64,000 bases of DNA, taken from Hydrolagus colliei (lineage: Eukaryota). The stretch lies in contig CM068743.1 of NCBI GenBank assembly GCA_035084275.1, positions 56,544,001 through 56,608,000 on the forward strand. Reading direction: 5' to 3'. Positions 1 through 12,890 of this stretch are shown here, piece after piece. The notes beneath the pieces were generated by a model that was not told the DNA's origin, did no database searches, and saw only the letters and a list, made by a program, of their open reading frames with translations. Position 1 is the stretch's first letter; the number at the start of each line of letters is the position of its first letter. The position numbers and the translations under genes are program-made.

Positions 1-1149
1 ACTCTGGAGCTTCCTCCCTCAATCCCTTCGCCTCACCCCTTCCTTTTCTATTTTCAGGTCACGCCTGCAGTAACCTTCACCCTCCCCCTGGCTCAGCCGC
101 AGCATCTCTGCCCCACACTCTGGAACTCTAGCCCGCATTCATATCCACCTCACACCCTCTCCTTGCCTCCTTCATCTCCTGTCTGATAACCTTCCTCTTC
201 AATAGTACAGGATCAGAGTAGGAAAGCATGCTTGTATGATACACATAATTATTTTGTTTGTCATGACCTGGCTAAGTAAATATCTTATGTATTTGTTGGG
301 TTAAAAGATGCTGGCATCAAATATTGGGAGCTGCTTCTATAAGTGATACATGTCCTTCATATCCTCCAAGATTCTTACAGGAGTTTCCACAGATTGAGAA
401 TGTTTTGAACTAGGAAATGAGGAAGTGGGAAACCTTAGCCTGGTGGCAGGAAACTGGGTGAATGAGGTCAGCGCTCCATAATGTTTGCTGAGTAAGTGAT
501 ATTTCACTTTGAGACCTGTCGTAGGGCTTTGACATTATTGATTGTTTCATTCAATTGGGTGTTGACAAAGCTTCTGTAGGCTTCCTCTGGCATAATGTTC
601 TCTAATTTGGATGCTGTGCTAATGTGGTATGACCACTGTTTGAAAAGCAATCACAAGATGAAAGGGGAGCCCGGTCACAACATGCATAGAAATGCATTAG
701 TTCAGATTAATAGGAAACATCTGACAGAGTGCACCATGGATGAGGCAAAGAGTAAAGTGTAAGTGCAATAAAATTGTCCGCATGTGACAAATAGCCAGCA
801 GAAGAAACGCAAACATCACTGACATCATGCTTTAATATCCTTGGAACGCGTAACAGTTTTACAGTTGAGGTAAAGGATGATTTAAAAAATACTCTGTGGC
901 AGCAGCCCATGTAAAGCCTATCTTAATCAGAGTTCTAGGCCAAATGCGAGGGCACAGGTAGCAGATAAAGTTTTCAAAATCCCTTGCCACAGCACCGTAG
1001 GGCTATAAGACATAATTTGATGATGGGGGCCATAAAGGGGCCGTATTTTGTGACCTGAAGATCCCAATTATTTATTTCTATTGGGGTAGTTGAGGACACA
1101 AATATTTATTTGGACACTGTCCTTCGGGGCCACATTGAGAATTTATGAA

Positions 1150-1968
1150 ATGCTCTCCCTTGCTGACATCATCTGCAGACTTGGGGTCAACTTCCGGATA
1201 TAAGCGAAAGATACCCAACACTATCTCTCTGCCTGCAACCTCAATTCCAGGATAACTGGCATCCTGACTAAGATCCAGTCTTGGATGAGAGACAATATTC
1301 TATAACCGAATGTCAGCGAAACTGATGCTCCAGAGTTCGGCTCGCGCTAGCGCCTTCGCACCTCACTCCACCCAACCAAGTTAGTCAGAATCCTAGGCAT
1401 CTTGTTCAACCCTTAATTGTCCTTTCTATCCCATATCTGTGCCATGACCCACTCTGCCTCCGCAACATTGCCCGACTCTGCCACTGCCTCAGCCCTCAGG
1501 CCGCTGAAACCCTCATACACTCATTCATCACATCAATGCTCGACTATGGATACACCCGTCTTGTTTTTCTCCCCAACTCTTCCCTCCACAAGTGGCAGAT
1601 CATCCAGAACGCATTAGATTGTGTACTCTCCTACTTGACCCCATCACCCCCAACCTGGACTGGTTCCACTGAATCCGCTTCCTTCAAAATATAGAGTTCA
1701 AATTCCTTATCCTCACTTTCAAAGTCTTCCAGGTCCTTATCCCCTCCTACCTCTCTGACCTGCTAATCCCCATCGACATGTCTGCTCGTTCTGTTCAGCA
1801 GGCTCCAGCCTGCCCCAGGTCTCCTGCTCAAACCCCCACCCCACTATTGGTAGTCAGGCTTTCAGCCTACCATCCTTTCGAATTCCATTCCACATTCCCT
1901 TTGCCTTGCTTCCTCTTTTGCCCCCTTCAAGTCATGACTTAAAAAGTATCCTTTTCAACTGTGCCTTC
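1150..1968 (+). mobile_element. Degenerate L2-clade LINE fragment (RT C-terminal half to 3' region)
   Basis: Decayed match to the L2 copy at 32055-33690 (GDIIxxxGVNF..D.TQ.YL region through ttcaactgtgccttc). Its tail appears to resume at ~2550-2613. Confidence 0.8.
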
Positions 1969-2487
1969 AACAACAACAACAACAAAACTGCACTTATATA
2001 GCACCTTTCACGTCGGGAGGACGTCCCAAAGCGCTGAACAGTCAGATCGGGACCTAAGCGGTGGGTGGGGGGGAGCTGGGGAGGGGAGGGGTAGACGGAA
2101 GGAGAGCGAGAGAGGGGGACGAGTTGGTGGGGCAGCCGAAGGCACGGTCGAAGAGGAATGTCTTGAGACCGGCCTTGAAGGAGGAAAGGGAGGAAGCAAG
2201 GCAGAGGGGCTGCAGAATGGAGTTCCACAGTGTGGGAGCAGAATGGCTGAAAGTCCGGCCGCCGATGGTTGGGCGGTTAGGGTGGTGGACATAGAGCAGG
2301 CCTGAGTCTGCTGAACGGAGGTTGCAGGCAGGTTGATAGGGGGACAGTAGATCAGAGAAATAGGCGGGGGCAAGTTCCGTGAATGGCCTTGAAAATGAGA
2401 ACAAGGTTCTTGAATTCGATCCTCTGGGTGACGTGGAGCCAGTGGAGATGGGCGAGGGTGGGAATAGGAGTGATGTGGTCGCGAAGC
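1969..2487 (-). mobile_element. Young 5'-truncated L2 LINE 3' end with (TTG)n tail
   Basis: ORF 2054-2404 gives the L2 C-terminal motif LAPAY.SDLL..Y.P...LRS...GGR.FS..APTLWNS. (CAA)n tail on + at ~1969-1985. Confidence 0.9.
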
Positions 2488-3139
2488 CTGCCCAGCTACC
2501 TCTCAGATACTGATCCCCAACTGTTCAACACAATGAGACATCTGATACCCAACTGTTCAGCGCTCCTGATGTGAAAGGCACTTTACAAATGCGGTTTTGT
2601 TATCATTGTTGTTCAATTGTCAGTAAATGCGGTGGATTTCAGAAATGTTCCTGCATCATGACGGATTGTGCAAAATGAAAGACCTGCAGTAAATATGTTT
2701 TGGTAAGTTAGCTGAAACAGAATTGAATTGAATGTACAACTGTCCTCTACATCATACACATCTAATCCCTTTGTAAATAACTGGTGAAAGTTAATTATTA
2801 TATATTCAAAATAAACCTTATTCAAAAGTGCTCCGATATCTTATGTTTTGAATTGTGTGTTTGGTCAGTCAGCTGTTTGCCCTGGTGGGCTGTCCACAGG
2901 CTGTCCAACCAAATATTGGGTTTTGGGCAATGAACAGAATAAGACCAGTTTATTCTTTATCGCCTTCCTTTAATTAACAACCCGAGAATAGAGGAACCAC
3001 AGAACTCAGCAATTGATGTTTAGAAAATTTCTTTGCTTAATATGAATTTGCAAAGTTTGTTAATTCTAATATCACAAATATTAGGTCCAGGTCAATAGCA
3101 ATGCCCATATCAAAGTCAGTTGATAAATTCACAAACAGC

Positions 3140-3730
3140 AGGCAAAACACCCAAGAGACCTGGGTTCAGTTCCAGGCAGGGCGAAACTTTGTTCAAGTTT
3201 CCTTATTCCACACACCTAATAATAATCCTTCAAGAAAAACAACAATAATTTGGTCACTTCAACCCACTACTGTTTGTTGGACACTGCTGTGTTTGATTGG
3301 CTGCCGTGTTTCGCCAATAAATGTGTAGTCAATTAACTTTACAGTTAATTCTGTGAAGCGCTTTGAGACATCTAGAACAGTGGCTCTCAACCTTTTTCAT
3401 TAATGTACCCCCTGTTCATTTTCAACATTATCATGTATCCCCACCCAACCACATACACACACACACCACCCACCTCATTCCACGCATTTTATGACCAAGC
3501 TTTTCTTATATAACAAAATAACTAGCACATACAAAACGAGGGGAATGACAATTAAATATACAATTTGGAAGGCTATAAAATGCTAAATAAGAGAGCTAAA
3601 TTAATCAATACACTGCCATCTGTACCCCCTGGAAGTAACTTTGTACCCCTTGGGGTACATGTACCCTGGTTGAGAACCACTGGTCTAGAAGATGTGAAAA
3701 TCGGTATATCAAAAGTAAGGATTATTATTG
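3140..3730 (+). mobile_element. tRNA-derived SINE interrupted by a hAT MITE
   Basis: Body matches the SINE at 12005-12332. The tail resumes at 3691 (gatgtgaaaa...ggattattatt). Confidence 0.85.
3378..3682. mobile_element. Non-autonomous hAT (Charlie-type) MITE, 305 bp
   Basis: TIRs cagtggctctcaacc / ggttgagaaccactg. 8-bp TSD atctagaa / gtctagaa fits the NTCTAGAN Charlie target. Confidence 0.9.
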
Positions 3731-4552
3731 GTTGGTAAAACCACTGCCTGGAATGTAACAGTCATTTAGACACATGGGCTCATGATCGATACATGACCTG
3801 CAATGTTCTTAACTGGGACAGATCTATTGTCCATTAATGGATCTAGACATCTCCGGACTAGGCATTTCCCTTCCTGTAAACCATCCAGTGACCCACGCTG
3901 GAATGTCAGTACTTAAGATACTATCCTAAGTGAGTACTATGGAAATAAAGGTCTTTGTAGTTATTGTTGTACACCTGTGTGGATGTCAGCAGGTGAGGAC
4001 TCAGCTGTGATGTTATGTATGATCCATTAGGCTTCATTGAGTTACTTGGGAGAAAAACTATCAGATTTCAATCACCTATGGTAGAAAGTGCATTTGTTTG
4101 GAAGCTGCAACGAAAACAAGAATGAAGTTTAGCTATAATATTCTCCCATGGTTGGATAGCCTGGGAACACACATTAGGTACACATATATAAATATTGTGG
4201 TTAGAGATACAAAAACAAGAAAGAGGAAAAAAAACAATCAGTGGCCCATCAAATCTTATGAAAGAAAGAGGCTTGAAGCTGTATAAAAACAACAAAAAAC
4301 AATACCTTCAAACAGTTATTGTCTTTGATAGTCATTCCAGCGTGCCTTTGATAGGGCAGCAGGATTGAATTGATCTGTGAGCCTGTGTGGATTTCATGGG
4401 CCAAATCCCCTTCATCTGCATGGTATGTTTATATTTATATTTAAACATATTTTATGTTTCTATGTCTGCCTTTGGGAGAGTCTCCCAACTCCACCTCCCA
4501 CACAATACCATCTACTCATCTTTCCTGGTGCTGTTTATTTGGTAAAGATTGC

Positions 4553-4792
4553 AGGTCTTGTAACGTTTTGGTTAGAGCATTCGCCTTGCAAACAAGAGGA
4601 CCTGAGTTCAGGACCAGGGTTCGAGACCAGGGTTCGAGACCCGGGTTCAATTCCTGGCCAGGGCTAAACCTTAAACATGCTTCTATTTACCTAGCAGTAG
4701 GTAGGAACCCAGTTGTTAGTTGATTGGGTGGATCACTTTTGAAATATCTCAACGATGTGATCCGATGCAAAGATTATATTATTATTATTATT
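4553..4792 (+). mobile_element. tRNA-derived SINE with tandemly repeated B-box
   Basis: A-box tggttagagc, four 13-bp units containing ggttcga at 4599-4650, internally deleted body, ATT tail. Confidence 0.8.
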
Positions 4793-5721
4793 TATCACTT
4801 GATGAATGGTAAACAGGGATTATATTGGGATTACATTTTGCTGTAACAGGTTAAGGGAGAAAGGGGTAAAATAGTAATGAATGTAAAACTGTGGGGTGGT
4901 CATCCTTTGCTTTTGTATTCAATGGTCAAGAAGCAACGAGCCATAAGACTTTGCTCCACCCTGTTAATCCTGAACATTTCACAGAACATTTAGTTTTCAC
5001 ACTCGGCCACTGTGATAAGAGGCTGAGATTTAACAAGCTACGTGCTGCTAGATGAGTGAAAAATGCTAAGCAAAGTAGAACACTGAATACCTTTTGTTGG
5101 AGCAACTAATGACAAAGTTAAAAGATAAAGTTAAAGTTGAACGGCACGTACTGAGGTAGCAGCCTGACATTTTTTTTAAATCTGCTCTGGAGTATCTAGC
5201 ATGTCTCAGCCATAATAAAAAAATTCTGTTAGTGCAGCTTTGGGTCACGATGACTTGGTTCAGTGTTTGCGTACTTCTGCAATCTGGTGGTGCTGCATTT
5301 TACACATTCCTTACAAGTGAAACACCCATGTAAAGGTATTTCAATATCGTCAACTTCTCCTGGAGAGTATTTTCTTTCATCTTGCACAATGTTCCTATTT
5401 AAAAATACCAAGCCCTTTAAATATTTGTGCATCAATCAATCAATCAATCAACCAATCAAAACTTCTATTTATATAACACTTTTCACATTGTGAGGACTTC
5501 CCAAGGTGTTGTACAGTCAGGGAGGGACAAGAGCAGGGGGGGAGGGGTCAGGGCAGGATGAAGAAAATTAAGAAAATTGACTATATATTTGTGGGTGAAA
5601 TATCTCAAGATGTTATCCCATCGGTCACCCCAAATCCTCCATTTTCCTACACCCTCCCCATCCTTGACCCAAACTCAGGTCTGAAACAATGTCTGTCAAG
5701 CACCTTGGTACGTCCTCCTCA

Positions 5722-5905
5722 CGGGGCGGGGAGGTTCATAGGAAGACACCAGGTCGGAGATTGGAGAAATGTGGGGAGGCAAGGCCGTGAATGGCCTTGA
5801 AAGTGACGATGAGGATCTTGAATTTGATCCTCTGGGGGATGGGGAGCCAATGGAGCCGGGCGAGGGCGGGAGAGATGTGGTCGCGGAGCTTGTTGCGCGA
5901 CCATT
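5722..5905 (-). mobile_element. L2 fragment
   Basis: Near-colinear with 2320-2485 (ccgtgaatggccttgaa...ggagcca.tggag). Confidence 0.75.
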
Positions 5906-6138
5906 ACAAATGAGTTCAGAATGTTAATGTGTTATAGCACATTGGTGGTACATACCATACATTCAACAACAATAAAAACTGCAGCTGCTTGCAGTTATAT
6001 TGTGGCCTTCACATAGAATAACCTCTCGGAGTACTTTGCAGTTACGAAGGTAGACCTTGAAGAGGGAGAAGGGGGAGATGAAGATTACCACAGTTGAAGA
6101 AGTAGGTATGAAGGTGTTAAAATAATAATTATAACATT

Positions 6139-6485
6139 AATAATAATCCTTGCTTTTGATATAGCGTATTATCACATCTTCGAGACATTGCAAAGCACTT
6201 CACAGAATATACTCTAAAGTAAATCGACTGTGTAGCTTGTGGGCAAAACGTGTCAGCCAATTGTGCACAGCAGAGTCCCAAAATGGTTGCTATTGAGTGT
6301 CTTATTTATCATTATTTTTTCTTGAAGGAGTTATTACCCCCGAAAAGTGGTCCACCAATTGACTAATTTACTGGCATATAAACAGAGGAGTGTGGAGTAA
6401 GGAAACCTGCCAAACATTTAACCCTGCCAGGAATCAAACCAAGGTCTCTCCTTGTGAGATGGGTGCTCTAAGCTATATGGTAGAC
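6139..6485 (-). mobile_element. tRNA-derived SINE
   Basis: aataataatccttgc..tgatatagcg tail, then body and reverse B/A-box at the right end. Confidence 0.85.
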
Positions 6486-7052
6486 CCTGAAGCAAATGCA
6501 GACTAAAGATTCCTCTACTCTGCCCCAACAATAAGATCCAAAACATAGGAGACACATTCTGAAATCATAAATCACAACGTCAGAAAATCACAGGAGAGAT
6601 TGAGATGAAAAAGGCTCCACATTCTGTGTGATCTTTTCCTTCCAGAATACTGTACTCTCCCTACCCTTTCTACACCTTCCTAGCAACCTGTTCTAGTCTT
6701 TAATTACTCTCTTGGTAAACAAATGTACAAAGGCTACCAGTAACTGGATGTGCAGCATTCCAATGCATTCTGCAGTAATCTGGAAAGCAAGTGCAAAATC
6801 TATGCTCTCCTTATCTCCAAAATATAATGCTCCTGATTGGTTGACTGTGTGACTATCTGAACATGATACTCCAGATGAATGGCAAACTCAGGGTTTTGTA
6901 TTTTAGTGCCAAACTAAGTATGATTTTTTGCCAAATCATTGCTGGTATATAATTACTAAACAACACTGTGTAACTTAAAATCTGTTCCCAAGGTTAGAGT
7001 TTAAAATTGAAATTGTATTATTTAAACCAAGATGATGCTGAGTGAGCTGCTA

Positions 7053-7270
7053 TCATAGAATCTTACGGCACAAAAAGAGGCCATTTGGCCCATTGAGTCT
7101 TTGCCGGCTCTTTAAAAAAAACAATTTAATCGCACTCCCCATAACCGCGCAAACCTGTCCTCCCCAATTAAATGTCTACCCCCGTCCTCCTCAAATAAAC
7201 GTCTACCTCTGTTTTAAAAATTGTTATCGAATCGGCTTCTACCTACATTTCAGGCAATGCATTCTAGAGA
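7053..7270 (-). mobile_element. CR1 LINE 3' end
   Basis: catagaat tail, ggccatttggccca hairpin region, aggcaatgcattc; matches 15499-15700. Confidence 0.8.
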
Positions 7271-8355
7271 CAGCATAAATTATTTTGCAGAGGTTCTGCA
7301 CCCCCTCCCAAATGGTTATTTAGTGTTAAACACAAAATAATTGCAAACCCTGTCCCTTTGCAAACGCTGACTCTACTGAGCGCTTGAGGAGCCTGCAGAA
7401 TTTACCTTAATTCAAACAACATTGTGAAGTAAACAACATTTCGTTGCTTCAAGGTTTTGTATGCTATTTAACATAAAGTACATGAATTGAAAAGTATTGT
7501 AAATATTTTTTGCAAAGCTCCGCGCAGAAACACTTGCAGCGGTGGATTTTAACGCATGAAAACAACCCTCCAGAACCACATGGGGCCTAACAACTTAAGT
7601 CCTAAAAGGATTTATGTTGACTCCCATTACCACACACTATTGCCCCTTGGCTCTCATTTTGTGGCAGAGCCCAACAGGGTGATATTCAACAGCAGCTCAA
7701 TCACACTGTGAAAAGCGACAAGCAACACAAGGCTTGCTTTCGGAGAAACTGTGAAAAGCTTGACCATTTATTCCATGGGTTCTGAGTAGCTGGTTATTAG
7801 ATGCCATTTGTTAACTGAGAGAGGTTAGAGTTGAAGTTATTTAATTTTCATATAGATTTCACCTTTCTCTCGCCAGCACACTGAGCCAATAACCCGCATG
7901 AAGGTCGCTATATAAATATTTTGTTGTTGTTATTGGTCAGCCTTTAAATTCTTTCTTACTCCCTTGGAACCTTTCTGGTTTGTTTCTGCATGACTCACTC
8001 CTTAATATTACTGTGGTCATGCTGCTCTGAACATTCCTCTCCAGCTCCTTCAAGCTCTAAAAAACGCCACTGTCCACACTCTTCCTCCTCGCTATGTCCT
8101 TGTTATGGTGATATCAACTCATCGTGTTGGGTGTTATTCCAATTCTATTTTCAAGGAATGCTCTCTTTCTCCCTTTGGTTGTAAAATCCACAACAACTTT
8201 TTTTTACAAACACACACACACAGTTGGAGTGATGAGACTTTAGTTTATGCTGGAAACGAGAAGCCGTTCCTTAGCATTCTCGCTACTGAGGCCCAGAAAT
8301 ACATCTACACATCTGCAATTGGTGTGTACATTAAATGCAAGATTATATTCTTCAG

Positions 8356-8382
8356 TATGCTACTAACTGGTACTGAATCATG
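8356..8382 (+). other. Candidate 27-nt micro-exon or short first coding exon (phase 2)
   Basis: ttatattcttcag|TATGCTACTAACTGGTACTGAATCATG|gtaagt. Open reading MLLTGTES(W). Confidence 0.25.
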
Positions 8383-8439
8383 GTAAGTTGTTTTCTTTTA
8401 ACCATTATTAATAGAAACTGCAACTTCCTGGGTCCTAAT

Positions 8440-8715
8440 ACTCAAACTAAGGTCCTATCTGTTTGTTCAGCTGGACGCTAAAAATCCTACAGCACTATCT
8501 TGAGGAACTCTCCCAGTGTTACGGTCAACAATCACTAGATAAATTAGTTATTGACTTCATGACTGGTTGTTGAACATTGCTGAGAATAAATTGCCTGCCA
8601 TGTTCATGCACACTGCCCGTCACTATACTCAACAGTAATTTTGTGAAGCAGGTTAAAGTGGTTTACATCATGATGGAATCGGTACAATTTTCAAATGCAA
8701 GGTTTATTATTACAT
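8440..8715 (+). mobile_element. DeuSINE-type SINE fragment
   Basis: Deu core aaggtcctatctg..cagctggacg..aaaatcc..gcactat followed by the SINE tail. Confidence 0.7.
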
Positions 8716-8804
8716 AACTGGGCAGGAGGGTTGGAATTTTTCCGACTATTTTTAACTTTAGTGGGTGGTATCCTGCACTTGGAGACTTGGCTCTTCATTT
8801 TATT

Positions 8805-8998
8805 TCATCCATAAAAATAAATTTGTTCTGAGGCAGAACACAATCTTTCCATGTATACCTGCCCTCCTACTGATCTAACATTTACTAAACCCAGTTTACA
8901 TAAAGGCAATTCCAAAGACTCCTTAGCATTGGTGTCAGAATAGAAATAACTTTTCTGGCAGAAATTCCGAGCTATGGAGCTTTTCCAAGTCATAAAAC
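8805..8998 (-). CDS. Candidate phase-1 exon of unknown minus-strand gene
   Basis: Acceptor ccctag|GT TTT ATG. Frame open ~63 codons (FMTWKSSIARNFCQKSYFYSDTNAKESLELPLCKLGL...). Possible donor cag|gtatac. Confidence 0.25.
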
Positions 8999-10552
8999 CT
9001 AGGGTTTGTTTTTAGGCAACAGACAGACTATCCATGCTGTGTGAAGAAGGTCAAAACAGGTCATACATATCTATGCAGATCTGTTCACCAAGGCAGATTG
9101 ACCAAATAGTTCCACCACTGGCTCTCCCAAGGCCAGGAAAGCAGTGCAGTCAACTAAAGGTTCATTTATCCTGACTGCGGCCTCTAGAAAACAGAGCTAT
9201 CTTAACAGCTGGTACTAATCACCTCTGGAGATTAAAGTAATGTTTCAAGGTTAATCTTGGTGGAAGTGGTACAATATAAATGTGTCATGTGTCTGCAAAG
9301 TGCCGTATAGTTTTGCAATGCCTAACTCGAAAACATACCGATAAGCCATTGACTCATATTAGAAGAATTCCGTGTACAATTTACTGATTCATAAGGAAAG
9401 ATTAAAGCCCACATTAAACTTCAGCAATCTGACTGTCACATCAGATTAGTGGAATTCAAGGTTGAAAAACTGGCACAAATCTTTCTGTCCTGTTCCCAAC
9501 AGAACTATGGACTTTATCTCCCTATGCCAAGACCACACATGTTATTTATTTTATTGAATTGAAAATAGTAAGTAACTTCACTAATCAGCATAACTTCATC
9601 TGGTGGCAAATGTAATAGGCACCCTATAAGATTATTGTTATGCAACTTTCTTTCTTCAGTTAGTTGCTAAAAACAATGTTTTTTTGTCTATTCTAAACAC
9701 ATGAATCGAAAGGATAGACTCTGCTACAAAATTGACAGAGCCATATGGAGAAGATACAAGAAAAAGCTATATCTTTGGAGGTTGTCCAAAGCTTTGTGAG
9801 TTGGTGACTGTTCTTTAGATGTTTAAATAGATGAGGGTCTCAAGTTTCACTTGACCAGTCCAGCTCAATCTAATGTAAATCTGTTAACATATTTCCTTCC
9901 TTTCAATGTTTGGAATTTTTAAAGCAGAATGTCCGCTTCTTTTCATGCATTCAGAAACTAATTTGACTGTAAACGCGTAAAGCTTTGTCACAAATATGCT
10001 CGGCTTTGTTGTCTATAGAAAGCATATGCAGTTAAGTATATTATTGAGACCGTGACAACATCAACCCTGCCTTGTTTGTTGGAAACAAGTTAAGTTTAAA
10101 CATGATTATTCTTTATGACTGGCTAATGTCACCTGTTCCGTAAACTGTAATGAAGTGTTCTATTACTGTAAACTGAAGAATTTGTAATCAAATACATATG
10201 GGATAAAATTTCACTTGGTTCTAGATTAATCTATGAACATAACATAGAATTTGTTAAATTGTTAAATACAGTCTTCAATTTTTAAGCTTTTTTTTGTAAC
10301 CACTTTTAAGAACGACAGTAAACAGGCTTCAAAGTTCAAACTTTGGCCAAGTTCTTCATTCTCAGAAACACTACAATAACAGAGTGTACCTAGAATTTCT
10401 ACCACCAAATATCTTTATTTCCAATGTCACCAAAATACAGTTATAAAAAGAATGGAGGAAATTTACAGCACTGTTCAAGGTTGCTGTTTCCAAACAAAAG
10501 CATTTGTTAAACCTTTCAGAAAATATTTTTCTCCACTTCTGAAAGTGACGAC

Positions 10553-10920
10553 TTGAGCAGGATCAACTTCAAGATTCTCGCTCTAGTGTTTAAATCCCTC
10601 CACTCCTCGGCACCCCCCTACCTCTCTAACCTCCTTTCTCTTCACAGTAGTACCCGTTGCCTCCGCTCTAGTGGGTCTGGCCTCTTCCTTGTTCCCCGAA
10701 TCCTCTATTCCACCATAAGTGACCGTGCTTTCATTCAAAACTTGAATGACCCCAAAACTTTACAACACTCTTGCTCAAGCAGCTTTACCTCATCCCCTTT
10801 CTCTTCAACCGTGCTTGCGGTCATCTTCCCCCTTCCCTTGGCTCGACCTCCACCTCCGCCACTGTTAAGCGCTCTGAGATGCCACCGTGGAGGGCGCTAT
10901 ATAATTGCTAGTTGTAGTTG
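10553..10920 (+). mobile_element. L2 LINE 3' end
   Basis: ORF RINFKILALVFKSLH..APPYLSNLL...LRSS. Tail gcgctatataa..gttg. Confidence 0.85.
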
Positions 10921-11117
10921 TATACTTTTGGCTGTTAACTTTAAAGTTGTTATCCCAGTAAACAACAAATAATCTTCCTCAAGGAACTAGAAAAACTGGA
11001 ATGTACCACCACTGGATCTTTCAAAACATAGGGCATAAAGGTAAGATAGCACCGCCAGATCTAATAGTAAGTTTAGGAGGAAGGTCTTTATACAGAGGGC
11101 AGTGAGCAGGTGGAAAT

Positions 11118-11805
11118 CAACAACAACCACAACAACATGCACTTATATGTTACTCCATGCGAGTGGCATCAACAGATTACATTTGTAGAGTGCCTTTCAT
11201 GTAGGGAAGATGCCCCAAGGCGCTGAACTGTCAGAGCCCGAGCAAGGGTGGGGGTGGGAGGTGGTGGCAGAGCCTGACTTCGAGCAGATGGTGGGGGTGG
11301 GTGTTGGCAAGTGGGTTTTGGGGGAAGGGGTGGGTAGCCATCATGATCGAAGAAGATTTTCAGGTGGGACTTGAAAAGAGTGAGAGTAGGGGCCAGGCAG
11401 AGGGATTGAGTAAGAGTATTCCAGTGTTTGGGGGCGCAGTGAGTGAAAGTGCAATCTCTGATAGTGGTGTGGATGGTGTGAGGGAAGAACAGGAGGCCGT
11501 TGCCTGTTGACCGGAGGCGAAAGGTCAGAAATGTAGGGAGGTGCCAGGGAGTGAATGGACTTGAACATGAGTTTGAAGATCTTGAAGTCGATCAGTTTGC
11601 TGATAGGGAGCCAGTGGAGCTTGGCCAAAGCTAGTGTGATGTGGGCAGAGTTTGATCTGGGTCAGTATGCAGGCTGCAGAGTTCTGAATCAGCTGGATCT
11701 TTTGGATGTTGGGGGACCGGCAAGGAGTGCATTGGAGTAATCTAAGCGAGAGGTGACAAATGCATACACAAGGGGTTTTGGCTGCATTTGGGAGTAAGGT
11801 ATGGT
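11118..11805 (-). mobile_element. L2 LINE 3' portion
   Basis: ORFs LHWLPISKLIDFKIFKLMFKSIHSLAPPYISDL and QLIQNSAACILT. (CAA)n tail. Confidence 0.85.
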
Positions 11806-12004
11806 CTAGCAATTCACTGTTGAAAGCTGTTGATGATGCAGAAAGCATCAGTTCATTAAGAGGAAATTTACTGCATTGATGAGGGAGAAGGGAATAAAAG
11901 GTTATGGGAGAGGAAGTGGAGATTAGGATTGGTGGAGACTGATGTGGTATGTAAATATTCACATGGACTAGTTGGGCTGGTTCCATGTAATACATTCTAT
12001 ATGT

Positions 12005-12332
12005 GGAGCTCCTGTAGCTCAATGGTTAGAGAACTCACCTTGCAAGCATGAGACCTGTGTTCGAATCCAGCTAGATCAGGGCAAAACCTTGGGCAAGTTT
12101 CCTTACTCCACATGCCTAATAATAATCCATCTAAAAAATACACAATAATAAAAATTGGTCATTTTCAATCCACGACTGTTTGTGGGACACTGCTGTGCAC
12201 AATTGGCTGCCACATATACTACAAAGTGAATTGACATACAGTCAATTCACTTTGTAGTATATTCTATGAAGAGCTGTGAGACATCGATAAGATGTGAAAA
12301 GCGCTATATCAAATGCAAGGATTATTATTATA
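12005..12332 (+). mobile_element. Full-length tRNA-derived SINE
   Basis: Head ggagctcctgtagctcaatggttagag (A-box), gttcgaatcc (B-box), body, L2-like tail gcgctatatcaaatgcaaggattattatt. Confidence 0.9.
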
Positions 12333-12584
12333 TAGGTCTACACGATTTATAATGAGCCTGCTTCAGTCCTGCAACCTTTCTACTATTCTATTATTTCACT
12401 AATCTGAACACCATTTTCTTCCATTGGCAAGGAGGAAACCATCACATGGGTAGATAAGCTAAACATCTAGTTTAACAATAGATATATAGTAAAGACAGAA
12501 GTAACCAATAACTCATCAGGGCTAGTTTACCTCTTTTTATTTGTGTTACGTGTTATATTAAGTAACATTTGAAGTGACCTCACA

Positions 12585-12890
12585 TAGCAGTACAGAAGGT
12601 TACTAATTTCCACTCTGTGCCTATTTAGTTGGTTTGAACTGCAGGGACGATTGAGATGCTAATGTTACCTTCAACTGGGGGTTAGGGAAAAGGAAATCTG
12701 TCAAGGTCCTTGCTCTTGATTACTGTCCAGTGATCCGTGCCCAACACTAGGTTTGGATGGGATTCAGATCTGCTATAATGCTCCCTTGCATAGTTAGGTA
12801 TCGGAAAGTGCCCAGGGCTTGCAACCAATAACCCATTAGAATAAAATACTACCCAAGGTGAAGGTAAAATGATATAAATTAGTGAGAAAA
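12585..12890 (+). mobile_element. LF-SINE-like copy (degenerate)
   Basis: gggttagggaaaaggaaat..ccttgctcttgattactgtccagtgatcc, colinear with 13395-13705. Confidence 0.6.

Noticed and set aside
4396-4430. Short plus-strand ATG exon with gtatgt donor
   Set aside because: Lies in what looks like a decayed CR1 3' UTR (atgggccaaat..cc).
4599-4650. CRISPR-like or prokaryotic system
   Set aside because: Contiguous tandem units without spacers, in a eukaryotic repeat context, with no cas-like ORFs.
12005-12080. tRNA gene calls at SINE heads (also 21460-21530, 31788, 37261, 57890-57957)
   Set aside because: Each runs directly into a SINE body and lacks a complete acceptor stem.
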